A DNA stretch of 64,000 nucleotides from Spirochaetaceae bacterium (GCA_017622235.1 JAGARN010000001.1:1238-65237), one strand, 5' to 3'; numbered from the stretch's first letter, positions 41,077 to 50,976 are shown. A program made the numbers and translations. Notes: generated by a model not told the origin, from the letters alone.

Positions 41077-41105
41077 AGTATGACGAAATACTACCTTAAT
41101 GTCAA
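41077..41105 (-). promoter_or_regulatory. sigma70 promoter of leader-aroF-tyrA-apt
   Basis: TTGACA-17nt-CATACT, then 6 nt to the leader ATG. Confidence 0.75.
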
Positions 41106-41162
41106 TAGCTACCCGTTTGATAGTATGTTTACACCATTAAATAAATGATATAGAATGAGTTT

Positions 41163-42362
41163 ATGACAGAAAAAATCACATATCTTGCAAAACTTGGAGA
41201 ACTTACATTAAAAGGTTCTAATTTAAAAGAATTTGAAAACCGTCTTGTAGAAAATGCAAGACTTTACCTCGAATCTGTAAAAGCATCAGTTAGATTGTGT
41301 GCAGGGCGGCTTTATATTGAAGGTCCAGAAGAATCATGTGCGGCAATCGAATTTACTTTGCAACATCTTATTGGGATAACAGGTTGGGCTAAAACTACTG
41401 TTTGCGAAAAAAATATTGAATCAATTCGGAAAGCGGTTTATCAACAAGCTTTGGAGGCGAAAGAGGCTGGAGCAAAAACGTTTAAAATAGATACCCGACG
41501 AGCAGACAAATCTTTTCCAATGAATTCTTACGAAATAAGCTGCGAAGCCGCCGCCGATGTATATGACACAGAACTTTTACAAGTTGATGTAAAAAAACCA
41601 GATGTCCTTATTCGTGTAGAAGTCAGGGAACGATGCTTTGTTTATTGCGACAGAAATAAAGGATGCAGAGGATTACCAGTTGGAACAGGTGGGAAAGGAT
41701 TGTTGCTATTATCCGGAGGCTTAGATTCTCCTGTTGCAGGTTACCGTATGATGAGAAGAGGTATGAAGGTTGACTGTGTGTATTTTCACGCATACCCCTA
41801 CACTTCTCAAGAAGCACAACAAAAAGTAGAGGACTTAGCCAAAATAATAGCCATGTACGGTGTAGACACACATATAAATATCATTCCATTTACCGAAGTT
41901 CAAATGCGTATAAAAGAAAAAGCTCCAGAAGCTTTTAGCACACTGCTTTTACGTATGTGTATGATGAAGTGTGCCTCTATATTAGCACAACGAATTAATG
42001 CAAACTGTCTTATCAGTGGTGAAAGTCTTGGGCAAGTAGCAAGCCAAACTATACAAAATATGTCAGTTACAGAAGCAGCAAGTAACTACCCTTTATTGCG
42101 TCCTCTTGTTGGTTTGGATAAAGAAGAAATAGTAGAAACTGCAAAATATATTGGTACATATGAAACTTCTATTTTGCCCTACGAAGACTGCTGCGTTTTA
42201 TTTTCGCCGAAACATCCAGTTTTAAGAGCTTCTATTGAGGAATCCGAGAAAATATATGCAAACTTAGAAGTAGAAGATTTGATTCAAGCAGCATTTGATA
42301 AACGAGAAGTTAAACGCTTTTCTGCTAGAGATTACGTTGCAGAAGAATTTTGCAACTCTTAA
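41163..42362 (+). CDS. thiI: tRNA 4-thiouridine synthase ThiI
   Basis: GELTLKG, THUMP domain, LLSGGLDSPVA, GESLGQVASQT, PYEDCC. Confidence 0.95.
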   Translation: MTEKITYLAKLGELTLKGSNLKEFENRLVENARLYLESVKASVRLCAGRLYIEGPEESCAAIEFTLQHLIGITGWAKTTVCEKNIESIRKAVYQQALEAKEAGAKTFKIDTRRADKSFPMNSYEISCEAAADVYDTELLQVDVKKPDVLIRVEVRERCFVYCDRNKGCRGLPVGTGGKGLLLLSGGLDSPVAGYRMMRRGMKVDCVYFHAYPYTSQEAQQKVEDLAKIIAMYGVDTHINIIPFTEVQMRIKEKAPEAFSTLLLRMCMMKCASILAQRINANCLISGESLGQVASQTIQNMSVTEAASNYPLLRPLVGLDKEEIVETAKYIGTYETSILPYEDCCVLFSPKHPVLRASIEESEKIYANLEVEDLIQAAFDKREVKRFSARDYVAEEFCNS

Positions 42363-43585
42363 AGTCTTTTCGTATCCAAGTTTGCAACCTCAGCAATTTC
42401 ATCTTTAAGAGCAAGAACAGCATCTACAACACAAGGGTCGAAATGTGTACCACTAGATTCTTTAAATATTTCCATTGTCTTTTCCAAAGAAAATGCTTCT
42501 TTGTATTGTCGCTTGCTTAAAAGAGCATCTAAAACATCTGCCGCAGCCATAATTCTTCCGCAAATTGGGATTTCTTCGCCTTTTACTCCTCTAGGGTAAC
42601 CTTCACCATTCCATTTTTCGTGGTGGTAATAAGCCATATCAGAAGCAACCTTTACAAAATCTGGATCTTGTAGTTCATGAAATTCTTTTTCGATAAGGTC
42701 GTAACCAGCTTGAACGTGTTGCTTCATTTGATCAAATTCCTCTGGAGTGAATTTTCCCGGTTTTGAAAGCACATTATTGGGAACACTAATTTTTCCGATA
42801 TCGTGAAGAGGTGCTGCACGAATACATAAATCAATCAATTCATCTGTAAGTTCATTTACAAAGAAACCCATTTCCCTCAATTTGAGTGCAATAAGTTTTA
42901 CATATTTGCTTGTTCTCTTAATATGAGTTCCTGTTGTGGAATCTGCAAATTCTACTGTATCTGCAAAAGCAAAAATCAATTTATCTTGTACTTGTTGCAA
43001 ACGTAATGTTTTGTCATATATCTTACCAATAGTTACACGAAAAAGTCTTGCTATTGATTGAGTCACCATTAAAACAAAGAAAAATTCAATCGTAAAACCT
43101 AAACTGGTAGAAATAAACCATTCTATTGCACTATCCACATCAGAAAAAATAACGTATGCTGTTTTAGATCGAACAAATAACGAAATGAGCATTAAAAAAT
43201 AACAATTAAGACAGGTTAAAATTGTCGCTTTGTAATCAATATATATACAGCTCAAAAATGCTACTATCGCATAAGAAATATATATTCCAACATTTGCATT
43301 TGTTCCTAGAATAGCAATATAAATTCCAAACAAAGAAAGAGACAAAAACTTTCCAATTTTTTCATTGTTGCAAAATTTATCTGTTAAACGCAATACAATA
43401 TGAATAACAAGTGAAAGCAAAATTACAAAAATCGAAAAAGAATAACTTATACGAAAAACATTCAAATACTTTAGAAGAATAAAAATCGGACCTAAAAAAA
43501 TTAAATAAAAACTCAACCGCACAAACATTTCGTTTGCGTTTTTTGTATTCTGCTTAAGGAAATCTTCTATTTCTTCGCTTTTCAT
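42359..43585 (-). CDS. Membrane-bound HD-GYP phosphodiesterase
   Basis: About 6 TMs, then LHDIGK, HHEKWNGEGYP, AAADVLDAL. Confidence 0.92.
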   Translation of the reverse strand: MKSEEIEDFLKQNTKNANEMFVRLSFYLIFLGPIFILLKYLNVFRISYSFSIFVILLSLVIHIVLRLTDKFCNNEKIGKFLSLSLFGIYIAILGTNANVGIYISYAIVAFLSCIYIDYKATILTCLNCYFLMLISLFVRSKTAYVIFSDVDSAIEWFISTSLGFTIEFFFVLMVTQSIARLFRVTIGKIYDKTLRLQQVQDKLIFAFADTVEFADSTTGTHIKRTSKYVKLIALKLREMGFFVNELTDELIDLCIRAAPLHDIGKISVPNNVLSKPGKFTPEEFDQMKQHVQAGYDLIEKEFHELQDPDFVKVASDMAYYHHEKWNGEGYPRGVKGEEIPICGRIMAAADVLDALLSKRQYKEAFSLEKTMEIFKESSGTHFDPCVVDAVLALKDEIAEVANLDTKRL

Positions 43586-43666
43586 GCGTTAATATTATCA
43601 TACAAACCATGTTTGCACAACAAAATACATTGTATGAACAAACATGGTAATATAAATAATGCGAAA

Positions 43667-45457
43667 CTAATATCTGTAAGTAACAGAAACAGTCAGATAG
43701 TTATTTGTAATATCTTTAAGTTGAGATTTCCACGTTTCGATTGCAACAGGTACATCTTCAAGTGTCTTACCACCAGAAGTCCACTCACCTGTTTCAGGAT
43801 TGATAGAACCTGTTCCAGGAAACAAATCATTCTGGACTCCCCAATTTTTTATGTACTCAAATGTATACCCCACACCCAAAGAAAACTGACCTGCTTTTGT
43901 TACAGGAAAGCGATAATCAACTTCAAGGCCAGCCTGAACAATATACATCTTAGTATCTTGACTCATAAACATAAGTCTGTCAGAAGCACTATCCATATAA
44001 TCAAACTTTGGATAACCTTCTGTTTCTCCTTCTGGAAGATAACCATAGTGAGGATGGTTATTTATACTACCATCTGTAAGGAAATATCCAGCCGGTGCAT
44101 TAAGATATCGTAATGCTTCTTCTGCAGTAAGAGACTGATTTACGTTTGCATGACGAATAAAAGTTCCGCTAAGTCCCACCGAAAGTCCCGAAATAGGCTC
44201 AAAGGTGGCAGAAAGAGCAACTCTGTCAGAATTAGGTGCTAACTGGCTACCAATAGCTTTTCCAGCATTTGTGTATGCTTGATAATTTATTGCATCCCCA
44301 CCACCGACAACAAAAGAACCATCAAATGAATCGTATATATTCTGTTTGTGAGCATACATATATGGAGTAACAAGGGTATAGTCAAGTTGAACAAGACTAA
44401 TGAAAGGCAACTGCAAAGGAGAATATTTTATTCCTGTCTGTAATGCTCCACGAATCTTCGTATCAAAGTCAAATTTTAATACATCATCTAGTGAAATATC
44501 GTCAATGAAGACATTAGTATTCCATGCAAGACCCTTAATTGGCTTTATAGAAAAGGTAACGCCCATAATCAAATTGTCATCAAACCCTGTAATTCCCTGT
44601 GCTACCATAAATGGCATAGGGATAAAGTAAGAAGGATCAAAACGGTCTCCATAAATTACGGTCTCGTATATCGAAAAAGAAAGCCACTGTAATGGGTTTG
44701 CATTAAGAGAATGCAATGCCATAAATTTATTAGGATAAATCTCTCCCCCGATACTGGAGTTAGTAGAAGCACCAAGCATAAACAAAGAGTGAGTATAGCT
44801 CCATTTTCCAGGATTTACTACTACAGAAACATTTGCAGTGTGTTGTGCATCAGGAACTACAACAAGACCTTTGTCATAAAAATCACCAAAGCTATTATGA
44901 GTAATGCCACCTTGAACATAGAACAAAGGAGTTCCAAAAGCCAAACTACCGTTCATCTCTACAAAACCATCAAGAGGTCCTATTGATGCTGCATCTCTAA
45001 ACGTATACGGTAAAGAAGTATAAATTGGTAAAACAGCAGCATCATGATTTTTTACAGCAGCAATATTAAGCTTGTAGCTAGCAGAAGCTTTTTCTAAAAA
45101 AGACAAATCCCCAGCAAGCCCTCCGAATCCGGCTGCTTGCTTTGCATCTGAATCATCAGAAAATTTAAATCTTCCGTCAGCAAAAAAATCTGCGTGCAAA
45201 GGAAAATCAAAGTATTTTTCGTAAAGTCTTTGAGCTTCTGCCTTTTGTATAGAATTACCCTCTGCAATTACAGTATCAAGGATATCCTTTACAACTACAG
45301 GTGGATAAGGTCTAAGCGGTGGAAGGTTTGAAATAAGTCCCTGAGATTCCCATCGCTCAAGATGTGAATAAAACTCTTCCTCTGGATTAACCCCAACTTG
45401 TGCAAATACTACAGTAGATAAAAAAACAAATACAATAGCAACAACAATTTTTTTCAT
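43667..45457 (-). CDS. Outer-membrane protein, Wzi-like (tentative)
   Basis: Signal peptide, N-terminal helical LPPLRPY segment, beta-strands, FSIYETVIYG..FDPSYF, GSQLAPNSD, C-terminal VSVTYRY. Start ATG 45457 after GGAGG. Confidence 0.6.
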   Translation of the reverse strand: MKKIVVAIVFVFLSTVVFAQVGVNPEEEFYSHLERWESQGLISNLPPLRPYPPVVVKDILDTVIAEGNSIQKAEAQRLYEKYFDFPLHADFFADGRFKFSDDSDAKQAAGFGGLAGDLSFLEKASASYKLNIAAVKNHDAAVLPIYTSLPYTFRDAASIGPLDGFVEMNGSLAFGTPLFYVQGGITHNSFGDFYDKGLVVVPDAQHTANVSVVVNPGKWSYTHSLFMLGASTNSSIGGEIYPNKFMALHSLNANPLQWLSFSIYETVIYGDRFDPSYFIPMPFMVAQGITGFDDNLIMGVTFSIKPIKGLAWNTNVFIDDISLDDVLKFDFDTKIRGALQTGIKYSPLQLPFISLVQLDYTLVTPYMYAHKQNIYDSFDGSFVVGGGDAINYQAYTNAGKAIGSQLAPNSDRVALSATFEPISGLSVGLSGTFIRHANVNQSLTAEEALRYLNAPAGYFLTDGSINNHPHYGYLPEGETEGYPKFDYMDSASDRLMFMSQDTKMYIVQAGLEVDYRFPVTKAGQFSLGVGYTFEYIKNWGVQNDLFPGTGSINPETGEWTSGGKTLEDVPVAIETWKSQLKDITNNYLTVSVTYRY

Positions 45458-45548
45458 AATGCCCTCCATCTTTTAGCAATTCTAAAGCATTTTACTTACA
45501 TATCTTATATTTTTCAAGTAGACAAATAGCATTATTTTTTGGATAAAA

Positions 45549-47183
45549 CTATAGTATATCTATTTTGCATCCCATACTAAACTGAAAACTTGTGTCTACT
45601 TTATCTTGTTGCTGTCTAATAGAACAAGAAGGACGAATCTCTAACTGAATCCATTCAACAGGGGAAAAAGTTGCACAAACTGAAACGGTATTTGTGTATG
45701 TAGCGTTCTTTGAAGGGGTTTTAACTGAAGCTTCTTCTGCATTAGAAGGCCAATAATCAGTATCAAGAACCCCATAATTTGCCATAGCACCTTGCAATGC
45801 AAAAGTATACATACAGCTTGCAGACCAAAGAGATGGCACTTTATATCCAAATTTAATTGCAGCCGCTATTGTATCTGGTCCGAAAGGAGTTCCAACCCAT
45901 TGGCGAACACCATCCATACCTATACTTTCATCATAGTCTCTAACGTAAGACCAGTCTTTTCCCTCAAGTATGTACATATAAGGGGTTGTATAAACGCCTT
46001 CAATACCACCTTGAAAATATCCATTACCCACTGCGAAATTTAACTCTGTTCCACCTTGAAAAGCCAAAGCATTAGGAATAGCTGAATCTGGCCAGTTTTT
46101 TCGTTCATAAGAAGTCTGAAACTGATTCATTGCAAAAAGCCCATAAAGCCTTACCCCAGAGCATGGAACAAAATCCAACACTATTCCCAAGAGAGAAGCT
46201 TCTTTTTGTGATTCTTCTTCTCCGTTACTTCCAGTACCATAATAATCTCGCCAAGAAGCATAACCATGAAATATCATCAAAGGATTTAGAAACCTTAGTT
46301 CAAATGGTGCATTAACTAAAGCTCCTTCCATGAGTGTAAAAGTTAATTTATCAAATAATCTGAATTCCAACCTGTGATGATAAAAATAAGCTGGATCTGG
46401 GTTTTGTTTACTTGAAGGGTTAAGTTCTGTAACATTTAAAGCAAATTTAAACTTTGGAGAAAAAACAGTAGCTTCTACCCAAGTTTCACTAGAAGAATAT
46501 TCAGAAATAATTATGCTACCCGTTAGAGTTCTACCAATATATTGGGGTCCTCTAGCCACCTTTAGATTTATCCCGGTAGCTTCACCTAGCATTACACCAA
46601 GATTTCCGTATGTCCATTGAGGAAATTCTAAACTAAATTGATCAGCACTTAATGGAATGTTGCAAAATGTATCAGAAGAAAGCATTGTTTCTACATTCTG
46701 CTTTAATGCCAAATCCATATGCAAAGTTAAATAGTCTCCAACTGAAAATCCCATAGGTGCATTAAAAAATGCAGGTCGCTTTTGGTAAGCATAATTCCAA
46801 GGCATTGAGGAATTACTTTTGACGTATCCTTCTAATGCAACTTGCAACTGTGCTCCAGCAGAAAGTAATCCACTTTGAAATCCAGGCATTTGTTGATTAA
46901 AGTAAGAATTAATTTGATTATATATTGCCCGACCTGCATTGCTTAGGGAATCATAATCTATTTCTCTTAGATATAATTTCAATTCTGCAATAGAAAGAGG
47001 GGGATTACCGGTAAAAGCAACCTTACCAGATTCGATATATAAATCTGCAAACGCATCATAAACCCAAGAATCAGCGGGAACAAGAGTCTGCACTCCTGGA
47101 GCAACAGCAATAAGTGCAGTAAGCAAAAAAAACTGAAAACCGAAAACACATACAAGAAATTTTTTTTTCATATTTCGTTCCAT
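45549..47183 (-). CDS. Outer-membrane protein, Wzi-like paralog (tentative)
   Basis: Signal peptide, YFYHHRLEF, LMEGALVN..FELRFLNPLMIFH, GTPFGPD. Confidence 0.6.
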   Translation of the reverse strand: MERNMKKKFLVCVFGFQFFLLTALIAVAPGVQTLVPADSWVYDAFADLYIESGKVAFTGNPPLSIAELKLYLREIDYDSLSNAGRAIYNQINSYFNQQMPGFQSGLLSAGAQLQVALEGYVKSNSSMPWNYAYQKRPAFFNAPMGFSVGDYLTLHMDLALKQNVETMLSSDTFCNIPLSADQFSLEFPQWTYGNLGVMLGEATGINLKVARGPQYIGRTLTGSIIISEYSSSETWVEATVFSPKFKFALNVTELNPSSKQNPDPAYFYHHRLEFRLFDKLTFTLMEGALVNAPFELRFLNPLMIFHGYASWRDYYGTGSNGEEESQKEASLLGIVLDFVPCSGVRLYGLFAMNQFQTSYERKNWPDSAIPNALAFQGGTELNFAVGNGYFQGGIEGVYTTPYMYILEGKDWSYVRDYDESIGMDGVRQWVGTPFGPDTIAAAIKFGYKVPSLWSASCMYTFALQGAMANYGVLDTDYWPSNAEEASVKTPSKNATYTNTVSVCATFSPVEWIQLEIRPSCSIRQQQDKVDTSFQFSMGCKIDIL

Positions 47184-47195
47184 AAAAATTAGATT

Positions 47196-48440
47196 CTATT
47201 CAGAAACATCATGTTTTTCTTTCCAAAGAATTACACACTTTTTATAAGCTTCTTCCAATCGAGATGTTAAAGAAGCCATAGTCCACTGCTGACTCCATTT
47301 CTTACCCTCATCAGATTTAGCTTTGTGTAAATTAGAATCCGTTAAAAGTTTATAAACTTTATCTGCAAATATTTCTGTATCTTCTGCTACCATAAAACCA
47401 CCATGGTCACCTTGCATTATATCCGCTGTACCCATTTCGCCTATGGCAACTACTGGCAACCCCGCAAACATAGCTTCAGCAGTAACAAGACCTTGTGTCT
47501 CTGTTTTGCTAGAAAATATAAAAACATGAGCAACCTTGTAAAGCATAGCCAAGTTGTTACGTTTTATATAACCAAGAAAAAATACATCATCTTGGATACC
47601 ATGCTTTTCTGCCAAGGCTTTAAATTCGTCCATATAAAGCCCATCACCAGCAACTAACAATGCAGCTCTATCTTTGCCCTTAAGTTTTTCATTTACCTTT
47701 GAAAGAACAGGCAAAAGAAATTCAAGATTTTTTTCTTTTGCAATCCTTCCTGCAAATAAAAGGATTTTCCTATCTCTTAGAACTGGCCATTTTTCTATAA
47801 TTCTTTTTTTTACGATAGCAACATCTTCTTCTGTGTAATTAAAAAGTTCCTCTGGGATTCCCGTGGGCAACAAATCAACTTGAGTATCAACACCGTATTC
47901 CTTAACTACATCAATTATGCGAGGCGTTGGTGCAAGAATATGGTCAGAACTTTTTAAATAAAACTTTACCAAATCCCTTCCAATTTTATGGGAGATTTTT
48001 TTGTTGAGTATGGGTGCATAGTTTTGAATATAATCTTCCCACATGGTATGAAAAGTAAAGATGCAAGGAATATGCCTGTGCCGAGCATACATGGCACCAA
48101 AATACCCTACGAGCCATTCACTATTTATGTGAATAACATCTGGCTCAAATTTATCCATGTGTTTTTTTACAAAATGCCATTTATCTAAACGTGCTAACCT
48201 ATCTTCCTTAGAAAAGATAATTGACTGAGACGGAATTCGTACAACGGAAAAATTAGGGTCATCTATCATTCCTCCTGTGGAATCAATTCCATTACCAAAA
48301 CCGTATTCTTCTGGGTATTCCACAGTAACAATACAAATGCGATGTCCACGATTCAACAACTCTTTTGCATAAGAGTGAATGGAAACAACAACACCATTTA
48401 CCCTTGGAAAATAGCAATCCGAAAACATAGCCACATTCAT
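47196..48440 (-). CDS. GT4 glycosyltransferase (diacylglycerol glycosyltransferase-like)
   Basis: MNVAMFSDCYFPRVNGVVVS, GRIAKEKNL, SKTETQGLVTAEAM. Confidence 0.9.
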   Translation of the reverse strand: MNVAMFSDCYFPRVNGVVVSIHSYAKELLNRGHRICIVTVEYPEEYGFGNGIDSTGGMIDDPNFSVVRIPSQSIIFSKEDRLARLDKWHFVKKHMDKFEPDVIHINSEWLVGYFGAMYARHRHIPCIFTFHTMWEDYIQNYAPILNKKISHKIGRDLVKFYLKSSDHILAPTPRIIDVVKEYGVDTQVDLLPTGIPEELFNYTEEDVAIVKKRIIEKWPVLRDRKILLFAGRIAKEKNLEFLLPVLSKVNEKLKGKDRAALLVAGDGLYMDEFKALAEKHGIQDDVFFLGYIKRNNLAMLYKVAHVFIFSSKTETQGLVTAEAMFAGLPVVAIGEMGTADIMQGDHGGFMVAEDTEIFADKVYKLLTDSNLHKAKSDEGKKWSQQWTMASLTSRLEEAYKKCVILWKEKHDVSE

Positions 48441-48496
48441 AGGTATAATATAGCTGTTTTTTAAAAACAAGTGAAGTACATTTTACCAAGGAATAT

Positions 48497-48588
48497 AATA
48501 ATTGCTCAAAATACTTTTGTTCGTTCCTTTTGTGGATTATTTATTACATCCTGAACTAACCCTTGTTCTATAATAACTCCGCCCTCCA
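48497..48588 (-). repeat. Duplicated copy of the last ~93 bp of the amino acid ABC ATPase gene
   Basis: Matches 48723-48815 with 3 substitutions and a 1-bp indel. Confidence 0.9.
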
Positions 48589-48720
48589 GTCGCAGAAAAG
48601 ACTTCCTGTCATTTCTGCTCTATAGCTTTGCACTTGCAAAACTATAAAAACGCAACAAAGCCGCCATCCATGGCTATTTTTTTTCTAAAAATACAATTTT
48701 CTTTGCAAAAAGGACGGCTA

Positions 48721-49485
48721 TCAATAATTGCTCAAAAATACTTTTGTTCGTTCATTTTGTGGATTATTTATTACATCCTGAGCTAACCCTTGTTCTATAA
48801 TAACTCCGCCGTCCATAAAGATTATGTGGTCGCACAAGTCTCGAGCGAAGGTCATTTCGTGAGTTACTACAACCATAGTCATTTTCTCTTCTGCAAGAGA
48901 ACGAATAACACGCAAAATCTCTCCGGTAAGTTCAGGGTCAAGAGCACTAGTGGGTTCGTCAAAAAACAAAACTTCCGGATTAAGAGCCAATGCCCTAGCA
49001 ATAGAAACTCTCTGTTGTTGACCCCCAGAAAGTTGACAAGGATAAGCGTCTGCTTTTTCTTCAAGCCCCATTTTTGAAAGCAAAGTCTTTGCCACAGTTT
49101 CAGCTTGCTCTTTTGTACGATTGAGCACAACAACCTGAGCTTCGGTTATATTTCTTAAGACGCTAAAGTGAGGGAATAAATTAAAATTTTGAAATACAAG
49201 ACCAGATTTTAATCCAATCCTACGAAGAGTTGATTTGTCACTGTAAATTCCATCTTTTACCAGATATTCTCCACCTAAAGCTATCGAACCACCTGTAACA
49301 GTTTCAAGTTGATTCACACAACGCAACATAGTAGATTTTCCAGAACCAGAGGGTCCAATTATTCCAAGAACTTGACCTTTTTTTACAGAAAACGAAATAT
49401 CTTTTATTACTTCAAGAGAGCCGAAAGATTTTGAAAGATTTTCTACCCTTACTATTGCGTCAACATCAGCCATAGAATTTTCCAT
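48721..49485 (-). CDS. Polar amino acid ABC transporter ATP-binding protein
   Basis: GPSGSGKST, VFQNFNLFPH, LSGGQQQRV, FDEPTSALDPE. Confidence 0.95.
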   Translation of the reverse strand: MENSMADVDAIVRVENLSKSFGSLEVIKDISFSVKKGQVLGIIGPSGSGKSTMLRCVNQLETVTGGSIALGGEYLVKDGIYSDKSTLRRIGLKSGLVFQNFNLFPHFSVLRNITEAQVVVLNRTKEQAETVAKTLLSKMGLEEKADAYPCQLSGGQQQRVSIARALALNPEVLFFDEPTSALDPELTGEILRVIRSLAEEKMTMVVVTHEMTFARDLCDHIIFMDGGVIIEQGLAQDVINNPQNERTKVFLSNY

Positions 49486-49493
49486 ACAACACC

Positions 49494-50129
49494 CTATTTA
49501 TAATAGTCTAGTTTTTTTTCTATACGAACAAATACAGTAGAAACAACCCAGTTCATAATGAAATAAAACACACCTGCAACAAATAGTGGCATTGTAGAAG
49601 TCTCTCGACTCGCTGCATTTTGTGCCACACGGAACAATTCACTAACGCCTATTACTTGGGCTAAGGCAGTATCCTTTACCAAAGTAATTACTTCGTTGCC
49701 TGTGGCCGGAAGAATACGCTTTATAACTTGAGGCAACACTATGCGAAAAAAGGTTTGCATACGAGTAAAACCTAAAACCTTTCCAGCTTCATATTGCCCT
49801 TGGGGAATAGATTCTATCCCACCACGATATATTTCTGCAAAATACGCTGCATAGTTTACAGACATTGCAATTATCGCCGCTGTAAATCTATCCCAAGACA
49901 CTTTGAAAATGTAATAAGGAGCAAAGTATACAAACATAAGTTGCAAAATAAGCGGTGTTCCACGAATTATAAGCATTATAAACTTTGCAGGTAAAGATAA
50001 CAGCGGGGATTTTGACATACGGGCGGCGGCGAGAGGCAATCCCAAAGGCAACGAAAATAACAAAGTTAAGAAAAAAATCTTTACTGAGGTGCCTGTCCCT
50101 TGAAGCATCGCCAGCAACAGCTCTTTCAT
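49494..50129 (-). CDS. Polar amino acid ABC transporter permease
   Basis: IRGTPLILQL, AYFAEIYRGGIESIPQGQYEA, LVKDTAL. Confidence 0.95.
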   Translation of the reverse strand: MKELLLAMLQGTGTSVKIFFLTLLFSLPLGLPLAAARMSKSPLLSLPAKFIMLIIRGTPLILQLMFVYFAPYYIFKVSWDRFTAAIIAMSVNYAAYFAEIYRGGIESIPQGQYEAGKVLGFTRMQTFFRIVLPQVIKRILPATGNEVITLVKDTALAQVIGVSELFRVAQNAASRETSTMPLFVAGVFYFIMNWVVSTVFVRIEKKLDYYK

Positions 50130-50152
50130 ATAAACCGCCCTTAATTTGTAAT

Positions 50153-50962
50153 TTATTTACCGATTACAGAAATATCTTTATCAAACCACTTTTCAGAAAT
50201 ACTTGCTACAGTTCCGTCAGCTGCCATCTGTTCAAGAATTCTCTGAACTTCGTCACGGAGTTTAACATCACCTTTGCGGAATCCAATACCATATTTTTCT
50301 GTTGAAAGTGTTTCATCAAGAGCGATAAAATCTTTGCCAGAAGTTTTTATAGTGTAATTTCCAACGACAACATCCATTACAACTGCATCTACGCCACCAA
50401 TTTCCAAATCCATAAGAGCAGTTAGGTTATCTTTAACTTCGATAACTTCTTTAAGAGAAGATTTAAACTCTGGATTTGCATCAACAGCATCCGCTGCACT
50501 TGAACCAGCCTGCAAACCAACAGACTTCCCTGCTAAATCTGCCAAAGTTTTTATACCTGAATCAGCCCTTACATAAACAACCTGAGCGTTATCAAGATAA
50601 GGTTTTGTAAAAGAAAGGGCAGCCTCTCGTTCAGCAGTCATTGTAAACCCGTTCCAGATACAGTCTATGTTACCAGTATTAAGTTCTTGCTCCTTAGCAG
50701 CCCAATCAATAGGTTGACAGCGCAACGTAACACCTAAACGGTTGCAAACCTCTTGAGCTAAATCAATGTCATAACCAACGATTTCATTAGATTTGTCTCT
50801 AAAACCCAAAGGCGGAAACGAATCATCCAAACCCAAAACAAACTCACCACGAGCCTTTAACTCTTCTAAAGAATTGTCAATCCCATCATCTCGCTTTCCA
50901 CCAGCAAAAGCAATGCCTAACACTAAAAAGCAAAGTATCGTAATTGTACCAATCTTTTTCAT
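50153..50962 (-). CDS. Polar amino acid ABC transporter substrate-binding protein
   Basis: Signal peptide, GLDDSFPPLGF, GYDIDLA, IDCIWNGFT. Confidence 0.94.
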   Translation of the reverse strand: MKKIGTITILCFLVLGIAFAGGKRDDGIDNSLEELKARGEFVLGLDDSFPPLGFRDKSNEIVGYDIDLAQEVCNRLGVTLRCQPIDWAAKEQELNTGNIDCIWNGFTMTAEREAALSFTKPYLDNAQVVYVRADSGIKTLADLAGKSVGLQAGSSAADAVDANPEFKSSLKEVIEVKDNLTALMDLEIGGVDAVVMDVVVGNYTIKTSGKDFIALDETLSTEKYGIGFRKGDVKLRDEVQRILEQMAADGTVASISEKWFDKDISVIGK

Positions 50963-50976
50963 AAGTACTCCTTTTC

